Assembly: GCA_051047955.1 (NCBI GenBank)
Contig: JBPGPT010000012.1
Location: 248,001 to 312,000, forward strand
DNA from: Cystobasidiomycetes sp. EMM_F5
Taxonomy: Eukaryota
Reading direction: 5' to 3'
Length of the DNA stretch: 64,000 bases
Under the pieces are notes generated by a model, which saw only the letters and a program-made list of their open reading frames with translations, was not told where the DNA came from and made no database searches. Below, piece after piece: positions 10,344-21,874 of this stretch (position 1 is its first letter; every line of letters starts with the position of its first letter). A program made the translations under genes and the position numbers.

Positions 10344-12430
10344 TTAGAACCCTCCCGCTCGTCCGCCTGCGTCATAGTATCTGAGGCGGAGACAACTATC
10401 AGAGTCTGCCGCCGTCGCCTTAGCATACACTCACATCTGCTCAAAGTCCTTGAGAATGCCTCCGAAAGCATCTGCTGCGGATTCCAGCTTAATATTCCCA
10501 TCGTTGTAGCTACCATCCTCTCGGTAGTGCTGATCTTCGAAATCGTCCCACAAGTCGACACACATGCCCTGCAAGCTTGTGTATACGATAGAGCGAGCTT
10601 TCTCGAGAGCGTGATCGACACGGTCAAACTCGTAGCGCTTGACTGCAGTAAAAGTCTGCCCGCGATTGTAGCCATTGCCGTGTTTTAGCAGGTTGGCGTG
10701 CACAAATAGCGGAGGAGCATGAGAAATGCGTTGCTCAAGATCTGGCTCTGCATCGGGGTAATACTGCCAGTCCGCGGGGGAGAGTCCGTAGTGGAACATG
10801 GCAAGTCCACAGAAAGTGTGGCCTTCGGTGTCGTACCCGTGCATAGTCCTGCCCAGTTGTCATGATCTCAGCCACAAGGGCAGAACCCTAATACGCACAA
10901 CGCACCCAAAGGAGGATAGCCAATGCGGAGCAGGCGTATAATCTAGACCTAAAGCATAAAAAGCATAACGCTGTGCGCCATTGCATTAGACATGCTCGCA
11001 CCCTGCAGAGCCGAAATAGCTCACAAAAGTGTCCTTATCCTTTGATGAACGACTTCTCAGCGCCTACCTCAGGAGTCGAACAAGGCAGTACTTACTCCGC
11101 CTGAAATCTTGAACCAAAACTTATGGTCCTTCTGCATATCCGCTGCAAGCAGTAGAGCAGCGTACACCAGGCCATTTTGTGCACGCTTATTGAAGACCAT
11201 TTGACCGGAATCGATCTGCCAGTCGTAGCCTGGACATTGAGTACCGAGGAGGCGGTAAGCGGGATTTCGAGGGCCCTACATTAGCAATTCCCAGGGATTA
11301 GTGGTCTACGGTTCTGTGGGAGGGTGATCACCTACATCGCGCGTGATGTCAGGCCACATTACGGCACCTGTTGGCTTGTACATGTGATGGTCAAATAGAA
11401 ATGTAGGGTCGGCCAAAAGTATGTTGTCTGAATCCAAGTATAGTACTTCTTGAAAGCTGTAACATGTTTGTCAAAAGGAATATCGAGTGCCCGCACAGAC
11501 ACCGCCTTACGATGATTTGACGATAGATTCGCCTTTCTGTGTGGAGCCAACGCTGTTAGCTATTTGATGGGAAGAGGATAGGCGCAACGCGACGTGCTAT
11601 TTGAAAGTTCTGCAAGACACGCCAATCAGGTTTCCTTCCGTCTGTACGATTAACAGACCACGCACCTTCCACAATTCCAACTTTGCACTAGAGCGCAGCT
11701 GTATTTGAGCAAGAGGTCAGAGAACGCGAGATGCACTTGCCAAGCTTGTCATCTACCTCCTTGAATGTTACATTCCCTAATGCCTCTATTTCTCCTCTCA
11801 AACCTTGCCCCGGACTATCCGTCATTTCCTCAGGAAAGGAAAAGACCTCTACTGGCAGTGTACACCCATGTCGTTCTCGCAGGAATCGAAGCGATAGTAG
11901 TAGGCGATGTAACGTATCCTGGGATGCAAGCCGTCAGAGTGCCGAGGCTAGTGTAGCACGGAGATCGAACAAACAGCATTTCCACCCGTATAGACGATGC
12001 CGCGACCACTGCCAAACATAGGATCTGTCAAAGCTGTCGAGCCATTCGATGAAGCCTGTTGAGGCTTGTACGCAGCACGCAAATTCCGGATCAACCCTCT
12101 CCGCTTGTCCCGGATAGTCTCTGCGGATAGCGCATCCCAGAATGTGCGTTCACCCTTGATCTGGTCTGGGTTGGATTGTCTTTCCTTTCCGCCACACGTC
12201 CTTTCATTCTGCCTGATGGCTTCGTCTACCGACAGGATTGGAGCATTCTCTAGTCTCGCTAGCGCGTCGTCGAGCAGTTTGAGTGGATCATGCAGGGCTA
12301 CAGAGGTCTGCGGGCCGGCTCGCGAGTTGAAGGCGGGTTGTATACTCGACTGCGCCCGCAGGAACAGCCATAGCAGTCCGCAAGCTACGACGCAAATGGG
12401 CGTCGGACGTAGCCATCCGGGCACAGTCAT
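10344..12430 (-). CDS. GT71 (Mnn2/Mnn5-like) alpha-mannosyltransferase, type II Golgi membrane protein
   Basis: N-terminal anchor ICVVACGLLWLFL; GRGIVYTGG; LDSDN; MWPD; IDSGQMVFNK; G|DKDTF|RYAF; PPLFVHANLLKH. The last exon reads YYDAGGRAGGF*. Confidence 0.88.
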
Positions 12431-12919
12431 GCCATTCGTTGTCAATGCGAGCAGCAAGGCATAGGTTTCAAAGTATCGCGACACAGACAAGACATGCGCA
12501 GCAGTCAGCCTCTAGCGCTGAAGCTGATCGGGATCCTCGTTGCTGCGTAGGGAGCATGTACATCTGCAGATGTCGCAGTCGAATGTATTCTATCTACAAT
12601 AGATCTCTGAACTTATTCAAGCCTATTGGCATCTTGTTGATATCGCTGGCAATGACGCGCTGTGGCAGTGATGGGGGTCTGTCTACAGGACGCTGAGAGC
12701 CTTCGCAATGTGGTCATATACATATGACATTATTGTAAGCATCTTGCAGAGATTGCAGCCCCAAGCTTTGATGCTGGGTAATGCCAACCCGCGGAGTCCG
12801 GTGCTGACTTTGTATTTCGCCATAATTTAGTCAGCCTAGAAGATCCGGTTTCCTCTGTCCTCATCATTCTTGTGGTGAGCACTCTTTACTCTTTACATTC
12901 ACGACAATCCTCTCACTGC

Positions 12920-14012
12920 ATGCTGAGGTCGTCTATCACTCGCCAAATCCTAGTACACAAGACCTTGCCGCCATTACCTCATTTGCCACACACTCGATAC
13001 ATCCTCCACAATCTGCACACATCAAGCATGGCAGCGGCTACCGAAGCTACCTTCCGCTACTTCGACGCATCCACCCAAGACCCATCCAAGCGCGCTTGGG
13101 CCAAAGTCGACGCGGACGTGACGTCCTTTGAGCGAGTTACCGTCAAGGCGCCCGTGTATAACGCTCGCGAAGACGCAGAAGACTTCAGGGATGTAGACAG
13201 GACGGGTTTTGCCTTCCATACGTTTCCCTCAAAGGTCGCTACGAAAGAGGTTCTTGACAATACGCCTACAGTCCGTAGTTCGTACTACGATGAAATAGAG
13301 CAAGTCTTGCGGGAAAAGCTAGTGTCTGGCAAAAACATCAAGAAGGTGTGCCGAACTGCATCCATTCATGGCGCTGCTCCGTCTAACTAGCTTAATTTGC
13401 CAGATTATCATCTTTGATCACACCATCCGCGTCAGAGACCCCAATTCGCCAAGGCAGCCAGTACAGCAAGTGCACGTCGACCAAACTCCAAAGGCTGCAG
13501 AAGTCAGAGTTCGTCGTCATGCAGGAGAAGAGGCAGATGAGCTGTTGAAGAAGCGATACCAACTCATCAATGTCTGGCGGCCCCTTGGACATCCCGCTTC
13601 TGATGCGCCTCTTGCTGTCATTGACTGGAGAAGTGCCAAGCGGTCTGATCTCGTCCCCGTCGATCTTCTCTATCCGGATCGTCCAGCGGAGCAAGCTCAG
13701 GATGATGACGACCGTGGGAAAGAAGTCCGACCAAGCGAAGAGACATTGCGCTCGACCGAAGGTTACACAGTCAAGGGCGAGACGTATAACGTTCACCCAA
13801 ATCCTGAACATCGCTTCTACTACGTCAAGGACATGACGCCAGACGAAGTCATGTTCATCAAGTGTTTCGATTCCGACAGTCAAGGTCTGTCTTCGGACAA
13901 CAAGAGCGTCGCAGGCTTCACTCCGCACACCGCCTTTACGGATCCAAAGACGCCCAAGGATGCATTGCCGAGGCAAAGCATAGAAGTCCGATGCCTGGTC
14001 TTCTATAATTAG
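12920..14012 (+). CDS. AsaB/CmcJ/GA4-desaturase-like Fe(II)/2-oxoglutarate-type hydroxylase (often annotated as a methyltransferase)
   Basis: Motifs FDHTIR, VHVDQT, INVWRP, PLAVID, FIKCFDS, TPHTAF, RQSIEVR. Intron 13346-13403. In-frame ATGs at 12920 and 13028. Confidence 0.88.
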
Positions 14013-14199
14013 GCTAGGCTTAATAAAACCATGTATCTGCAACGGAATTTATGTTCAAAAGAAATATGTAGCATGACTAGCATATAGCTGCCGATACAAC
14101 GTGGTACGCATCAGCGCATCAAAGCGCGAGAAATGTTATGGGGTATATTCCGTCCTGTGCTCCGCACCAAAGTGGGCAGTATATTGACAAGGCGTCCTC

Positions 14200-15426
14200 T
14201 CACGGCCACGACTTGGATGCCTTGGTCTCGTCTTTGATAGATAGTGCCGTCTTCTCTCTCTGCTCCTGGCCACCTCTACGATGTGTGCTTGTACTTGCAC
14301 TGTGAGCGACCGTCTTTGTGCCAGTAGGTGTCGGCGTCACTCTCGGACTCGGAGTCTTCCGTTCCCGAACTATACGGAGTCCATACGGTCTCCAGTCTGG
14401 AGTGGCCGGAGGTTGGGGAATCTCATCCTCGATTATTGGTCTCTGTTGTTAACGCAGACAAGCAATTCAGCACCGAACCACACCTGTCCTCCCACCAGCG
14501 GGAGACGTAACCCTTACCATCTTCGGCATCGATATCGACTCGGTCGACCGGCTCGTCTACTTGGATTTGGATTTTGAATCTCGAGTTGGTCAGCCTGACT
14601 GCCTTGCTGTTTCAGTGTTTTTCCGTTGTCTCACCTTCTACTGGATCGGCTTCTCCTTGGGCCGCTGGATTTTTTTGGGAAGCATCCAGACCAGTGGATC
14701 AGCTTCGTGGTGGCGACATGAGGACGACATGTCATTCGCACCATCATGCAACTTTGCCTGTCCGGAAACAATGCGAGATGTGGATGACGGAGACGTTGGT
14801 GCCGCCATCCAAGACGTTCTCGGAATGTTTGGCATGGTCGGCATGGTCACCAGCTTGGGAATACTAACACCGCTGTCGACAAGTTGTATCGAGAGTGAAT
14901 TCCAGTCTGACCAGGCTGACGGCTCCAGCTCGTCCCTCGTCGGACCGCGGGCCGACTCGGTTATCATGTGCACCTCGTCGAAGCTAGGATCAGCCCGAGC
15001 AGCGCAGCAATCAGTGATCCAAAAAAGAGCTGAGTACGCCGGACCTACATGAATTGGGTGAAAAGCCGCAACCATTGCCCTAAATTCTGGTTGACTGGTG
15101 ACGTGGAGCCATTTCTCCGGATTGGTGATACTGATGTTGATTAGTGAGTAGCTTTCAGTATAATGCGGTAGCAGACACAAACAGCGTACATAATGGATCC
15201 TTGCTCGGCTTCTTTCACGGCTGTAGACGGACTCTGGCCATCTATGAGTACGCCTAACAAAGCTGTCTTGATCCAGCAGATCCGTCAAGAGTGGTGAAGA
15301 CTTGACAGTCGACCGGATTAGCATCGTAGTCTTACAAAAGTACGCAGCTTTAGCGAGTTTGCACGCACCTGAGTCGTATGTCAGACGCTTGAGAGGCCAG
15401 ACGATTGTTAACGGAGAAGGGAACAT
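14200..15426 (-). CDS. Hypothetical spliced gene, structure unresolved
   Basis: 262-codon ORF with several minus-strand donor (gtacgc, gtaggt, gtgaga, gtgtgg) and branch/acceptor motifs. It fills the gap between the AsaB-like gene and HIS4. No family recognised and the 3' end is approximate. Confidence 0.4.
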
Positions 15427-15633
15427 GAAAGCGGGGACAATCCGCCTTCAAGGGAGCATTGGGGTCAGATGCGTTCTGCGCCCGATGTCAGGAAGCAAAG
15501 AAGCGAGCAGCCAGGAGCGTCAGTAGTCATTGTCAGTCTTGTCAGACAATCTTGTCAGTCGATCAGTGTATTCCGTGCGGCTGTCGACGAGATTCCGCTT
15601 TGTAGCGCTTTCAGAATCGGCCAAACATTCGCC

Positions 15634-18511
15634 ATGCCTGCCATCTTCTCAAATCCGCCGTTTCTGGCTTTGGTTGACCAGACTAGCACCTCAGCGATTA
15701 TCGAGTCGGCCGCCCGAATCGTTCCGTTGCTAACAGAGGCACAATACGTATCGAAATTACCAGCGAACAGCGAATACTGGATACAGCTACAGGATCCTTC
15801 AACAGTCGACGAAGCAATCAAAGTCCTCGATGCCGGAGCTACCAAGATTGTGACACGCAACGTTGAGCTCATTGCTGAAGCCAGACTGCCGTCAAATCGA
15901 GTACTTTTATTGATTGACTCGACAACATCGACATTCTTGGCGGATGAGAACGGCAAGCTCATCGACAGCATATCTGGTATACTGGTGGAAGATCTACCGG
16001 CTAGCACATCATCCGCTTCCATCCTAGAGTCGTTTCGCGAAGCTTTAAGTGGCAAAAACAGCAAAGACAGCAAAGACCTATTTTTCTTGCCCTCGCCAGC
16101 TTCTGCGACAGCTAGTCAGCAACAGCTTCTGGAGAGTTCTGTTCAGCTCACCGCGACTTCCAGCAAAGGCCTACCCTGTGTCAGATTAGAAGCCTTGCAA
16201 ACATCGTCCTTATCCACTCTGTTCACAGCAAGTCTGAAGTCAGACAGAAATGACGGATTATTCGCAACACTTGTCGCTTCCCACGTTGGCCAGCCATTCG
16301 GTCTCGTATACTCGTCCTCGGCCTCCTTAGCAATGTCTATCGATTCCGGCGACGCTACCTACTTCTCAAGATCGCGGAACAGTTTATGGAAGAAGGGAGA
16401 GACCAGTGGTGCTACACAGCGCGTGTCTAGGATACGTATAGATTGTGACTCCGATGCACTGCACTTCGAGGTCGAGCAGAAGCAGGGAACCGGGTTCTGC
16501 CAGTGGGTGTGATTGCCTATCCTTTGCGATTTGTGGAGGATCTTAAGGTGTTGCCGTTATAGTGTGCCACGGACAGTATCTTGCTTTGGTCATACAGCTG
16601 GTTTGCCGGCCTTAGAAGAAACACTACGCTCTCGGTTAGTCCAGTTCACATGAAGGGCTGCATTGACCTCGACGCGCTGACGAGACCATTTCTTACAACA
16701 GGCAAGCTGACGCTCCGGAAGGATCATACACCAAGAGATTGTTTTCAGACTCAAAAATGCTGAATGCCAAAATCCGCGAGGAGGCTGATGAACTGTGCCG
16801 AGCGGAAACAAAGGAGGACATTGCAAATGAAGCTGCCGATTTGTTCTACTTTGCACTTGTGAGATGCCTGGCCAACAATGTGTCGCTGGCGGACGTCAAC
16901 GCTGTTCTCGATAAGCGCGCCGGCAAGGTTACGCGCAGGCCAGGACATGCCAAAGCAGCCTTTGTTCAGCAAGAGAGTGCAGCCTCCTCTTCCGACAAGA
17001 AAGCTGTACCGAATGGTCACTCAGCAGAAAGGAACGGTGATGCAATCGCTAACGGTCAAGGCTCTGTTCAGGGAAGACAGCAAGCTATGATGAATGGCAT
17101 TCAAGCAACTACAAAATCACAAGCGCCGATAGTGGAAATTGCAAAACCGCAGCCAAATGGCGCCTCCTCAAGTCGCATCGTACCGTTGAGATACTCATTG
17201 GCGGGCGTGGATCGTAAAGGACGAGACGCGCTCTTGCAGCGACCATTGGCCTCTTCAGAGGACATGATCGGACGAGTGAAGCCAATCATATCAGCCATAC
17301 GTCACGACGGGGACGCTGCACTCAGAGGATACATCAAGAATTTTGACAGATGCAATCTGGTGGACGACAGCAAGTGGGAGCACGTTGTCACCGCACCATT
17401 CCCGCCAGAACTCATGGCTATCGACGACTTGACGAGAAGGAACATCGACAGGGCATTTGAAAATATCAGAGCCTTTCACGCTGCCCAGATGGATAAGGAG
17501 AGGACGCCGATGGTGGTTGAGACGATGCCGGGCGTGGTGTGCACCCGTTTCATTCGCCCAATAGACAGGGTCGGGCTGTACGTCCCGGGTGGCACTGCTG
17601 TCTTGCCTTCAACAGCCTTGATGTTGGCAGTACCTGCTCAGATTGCAGGCTGCCCCTTTATCAGTCTAGCCTCTCCTCCTGGTCCGGATGGCAACATCCG
17701 GCCAGAAATTGTCTACATCGCCCATCGATGTGGAGTCAGCCAAATTGTCAAGGCAGGAGGTGCACAGGCAGTTGCCTCGATGGCGTTTGGCACAGCTACC
17801 GTAGGTAAGGTGGATAAGATCTTTGGACCAGGCAATCAATGGGTCACTGCGGCCAAAATGGCTGTTTCAATGGACTCCAGTGCTGGCGTTGGTATCGATA
17901 TGCCAGCTGGTCCGAGCGAGGTTCTGGTCATCGCAGACAAGACTGCTGTACCTGCATTCGTTGCCGCCGATCTTCTCTCGCAAGCCGAGCATGGGCCTGA
18001 CTCTCAGGTTGTCTTGTTGGCCATCGACCTGTCAGAACAGCGGATCGCAGAGATTGAAGACGAGATCAACGCTCAGGCACTTGCGTTGCCTCGTGTCGAT
18101 ATTATTCGCATTTCCATATCAAAGTCGCTCATCGTCCAATGCTCCACACTGGACGAAGCAATGTCGTTTAGCAACGATTATGCGCCAGAGCACCTCATCC
18201 TTCATCTCCATTCTGCTCGAGATGTATTGCCGCAGGTCAGGAATGCAGGCTCTGTCTTTGTCGGGGCTTTCAGTCCAGAGAGCTGTGGAGACTATGCTTC
18301 AGGCACGAACCATACGCTGCCCACAGCTGGCTATGCTAGACAGTACTCTGGCGTATCGACACTCTCCTTCTGCAAGCATATCACCAGTCAGGAACTGTCG
18401 CACGCTGGGCTGAAGGATCTGGGGCCGGTTGTGGAGCACCTGGCAGAGATTGAGGGCTTGCATGGGCACAAGAACGCAGTTACTGTTCGTCTCCAGAGCA
18501 TGAAGGCTTGA
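15634..18511 (+). CDS. HIS4: Trifunctional histidine biosynthesis protein (HisI-HisE-HisD)
   Basis: HisI YFSRSRNSLWKKGETSG..DCDSDAL..GFCH; HisE KIREEADEL..EAADLFYF; HisD GLYVPGGTA, IDMPAGPSE, SQAEHG, GDYASGTNHTLPT. Introns 16503-16561 and about 16634-16701. Confidence 0.98.
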
Positions 18512-18656
18512 TGCGATTGTCGATGGCTTATATCGGACTGTTCGAGGAGGAGTGTGCTAAATCAGCTTCGCTGTCCGTTGTTTTGCTCAATCAATGCAGT
18601 CTTCATACAGCATCTCACGCATTCGTAAGCTTGCACGCAACCATCACATTCTACGG

Positions 18657-20622
18657 CTATACTGTGATGACAGCATGAGAAGCGTTGACGCGCGCTGGAG
18701 TAGCATTTCTAGCCGTTGCATTCGACACCATGGCAAATGGCATACTACGTCTACCGAATCCCACGAAGTTGATGTCTGCCAACCTTCCATACGGGTTTGC
18801 CGCCCGACCTTCCTGAGCTCGAGGAGTTGGTCTTCCGTGTCTATCGATAAGTCCAAGCGCGCGTTGGACTCTCCCAGGAGCCGGAAAACTCCCTTCGAAA
18901 GCGGGTGCGACAGTCTCTAGCACGGAGTACGGATTCCATGCGTCATCTGCCCAGCTTTCTGCAGTCGTCGCTAGGTTACTAGACCCGTATGACGCGCCTT
19001 TCGTGGAGATATGAGAGAGGAAAGGTGTAGGCTCTTCGTACATCCAGTCTGTACTCTCCAAATCATTGACGGCTTGCAGGAGAGCCGCTTGGATGGTTTT
19101 GACTTCGTCTGAAAAAGAAATACCAGTAAACAATGACACTGCGGAAAGAGGAGTTGCCTTTGTACATACCATATTCAGCTGTTCCAGGCGTCGTATGTGC
19201 CACTCCGATATTTCTCCACCGGTCGGGATTAAACGTCTGTAGTTGCACGTCTTTTCCAATATCAGACCATCCCAGCAGCTCGAGAGCCCGAGCCTCCACT
19301 TCTTCTGGCGAAGCGTCTGCAAGACTATCCGCTTCTGCCTGCGTCAAAGAATGACCGGGCATGCCACCCGGTAGACTCGATTCATCCGAGGAGCTAGCGA
19401 GGTAGTGTTGCTCGTCGTTGTCGTCATTGCCTTCAATATCCTCGTCTTCCTCTGCTTGGCCAGATACTTGCCTACTATTGTCCTGAAGCTCGTCGTCCAC
19501 TTCGGAGCTCGTGTTTCTAGCTGTGTTTCTCGCTCTGTTTCTCGCCGTATTTCGCACCTGACGATATCGTGTCACGCTCGATGACCCTTGTCCAATACCC
19601 AATTCGTCATCCTCATCCGCACCGGACGCAGAAGGGTGCAGCTCAAAACTCGAGCTATCTCGCCTTGTTGTGGTGGTAGTGGTCGTAGTTCTGCTTCTCC
19701 CTCTGGATAATGCACTGGCTGCCCTCCTAGCTGTAGCAACAGCAGTAGGTACAGGTCGAGCAGTTGTCGTCCGTGCTCTCGTTGACCGAGCAGGAATATG
19801 TATTGCGTCATCCATGTCTTCGTCATCTTCTGCTTCTTCTTGCAGCTCTTGTACGTCGGATGCTGCGTGTGCCAACTGACGCGCTCGTTCTCTTGCTCGT
19901 TCTGCTGCTCCACCACCTCGTGTGGCTCTCGTACGTCGTGAGCTTGAAGGACGTCTGTTATTTGAGTCGTTTGTAGGGAGGTGAGGTGTATGTTGGATTT
20001 GTGTAGCAGAGGTGGATGGCTGAGAAGTCGGGTGCGCGTTTACTTCATCGCTCCCTCCGCTCGGCGTATAGGTGGATGGTTGAGAAGCCTGCGGCGCATC
20101 TAGACCATCATTTCCTCCTGCCGTATTCGTTCTCGCGCGTGTTCTCCGCGTAGTTGGGGGAACGTAGTCGGAACTTGTCTGCGCCGTACGTGGTATTCCC
20201 CTGTTGCGTGCGGTGTGAGACTGTCTTGCCCTTGTCCGAGCTGTACTTCTCCGACTACTCTGTGCGACGACTCTGGGAATGTCATTGTCGTTGTCGCTCG
20301 AGAGCAGCGAGTCGAGCCTGTCGTGCGATGACGATGTGCCAGCGTGCGATATTCTCTCGCCTGAGAGAGACAGACTGGAGGCCTGAGAGACGCTCGCTGA
20401 TATCGACAGACCATCCCCTCCACCTGACGTACCGCCAGCTGATGTACCACCAGCTGAATTTGTCCCGCCTGCCGACTCGAGCGACACTATGGACGCTGCC
20501 GACTCTCTCGGCTGCCACAGTCTGCCAGTGCTACTCTGGCCGGCCAGCGCATCCTGCAGTGACCCCGTGTCGATATTCCAGCCGAGGGCTGCTTGAGAGT
20601 TGCGAGACTGACGAGGGGGCAT
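18657..20622 (-). CDS. Hypothetical, mostly low-complexity (S/T/R/D-rich) protein
   Basis: The 519-codon ORF joins the 18657 frame via intron about 19169-19111 (gtatgt..tttcag). Its C-terminal helix is VKTIQAALLQAVNDLESTDWMYE. Confidence 0.7.
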
Positions 20623-21449
20623 GGAAAGAGTAAGTGCAGTGCAGTGGTGAGTGTCAGAGGATGCACGTAGATTACATAATCATTGCCATTGGTCGTGTTT
20701 TGAGATTGAACAAGTCGAAGCGGTGAGTCTGTGCAGGCAACAAGGCTAAGAAGACGGCAGAGCATGCTATGATTGGGATGAACAGAGCAAACAGCATGCT
20801 ATGGCTGAGCATGTAGTCTAAGAGTATTCTGCATTATCAGCAGCTGCATCGTCCTTCCGTCGACATTTACGCGTTCCTCATCGCGTACAGTAAACAAGGA
20901 TAAGAGACTGCGGGTTTCCTCTCTAAATGTTTATACGGATGCGCGGAATGGCCTGGGCTGCGACAGACTCGGATATTGTCTCGCTGGAATGTGTGTACCG
21001 CAGTAATTGCAGGCATGCTCGAATGGGTGTAAATGCAGTGACGATTGCATAAATTTGAATAGTTGATTACTGCATAAACTGGCATTACTCCAGTCGGGCG
21101 AGGGGTTTGATTTCCCGTTGCAGGACTGACAAGCACACAAGCACCCCTCACTTCCGTAGACATGCACACTCTGGCCAGCCATTCCCGCCCGAGGTCATCG
21201 TTTAACCGGTGACTGCAACGGAAGACTGTCAATCACTATCGGGAGAACCAGAGTATCGGTAGGGATATTGCAGAACAGCACACCACACGTACCGAGCATC
21301 AATACATACTGTAGCTCCACGGCGACATCGACATCGACATTGCACTGTACATTGTACAATCTCCAGACTCTGCAATCAGCGTCAAACCGAGACACAACTG
21401 GAATAGAAGACGGCCACGGCTCGGTCGGAGGAGAGAGGGAGACTGCGGG

Positions 21450-21476
21450 CTGAGACTGAGACTGAGACTGAGACTG
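21450..21476 (+). repeat. (CTGAGA)4.5 hexanucleotide repeat
   Basis: ctgagactgagactgagactgagactg, seen directly. Confidence 0.9.
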
Positions 21477-21874
21477 GGGGCTGCTCCGAGACTTGGACAA
21501 CGACAGCGGATAGCCGATATCCCATAGCGTACGACGACGACGATAGCCGGGTATCGACGCAGTTCTACAAGCAGGCAGGCTGAGTACTGTACTCACTCTT
21601 CCATACAAGCCATCGTCACGTCACTCCTCGGACATCCTTCCAGCCGCTCCTGGTGACCGCCGGCTCAGCGTCGCCACCCACAAGGCAGGCCATCTGCCAG
21701 CAACCTGAAGCAACAAACATCAACTTCGACGTAGAGTGCGGTACTCTACGCCAACACAAATCTGCCTGTGTGGATCTCTACCCTCTCTGCTTCGCGTGTC
21801 ACGTCGAAGCTGGCACCCCGTGACGCCGTCGTAATCCTTCATCGTCACCTGACGTGACACGGACGACTCGCACA

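Noticed and set aside
10884..10892. Telomere-like AACCCTAA
   Set aside because: It is a single copy inside an intron, as expected by chance.
13392..14042. Long antisense ORFs (also 41105-41860, 53753-54436)
   Set aside because: These are shadow ORFs opposite well-conserved genes, with no recognisable motifs.
15469..15633. 55-residue N-terminal extension of HIS4 from an upstream in-frame ATG
   Set aside because: The ATG lies 43 bp from the divergent ORF start and spans the likely promoter; the gccATG at 15634 fits better.
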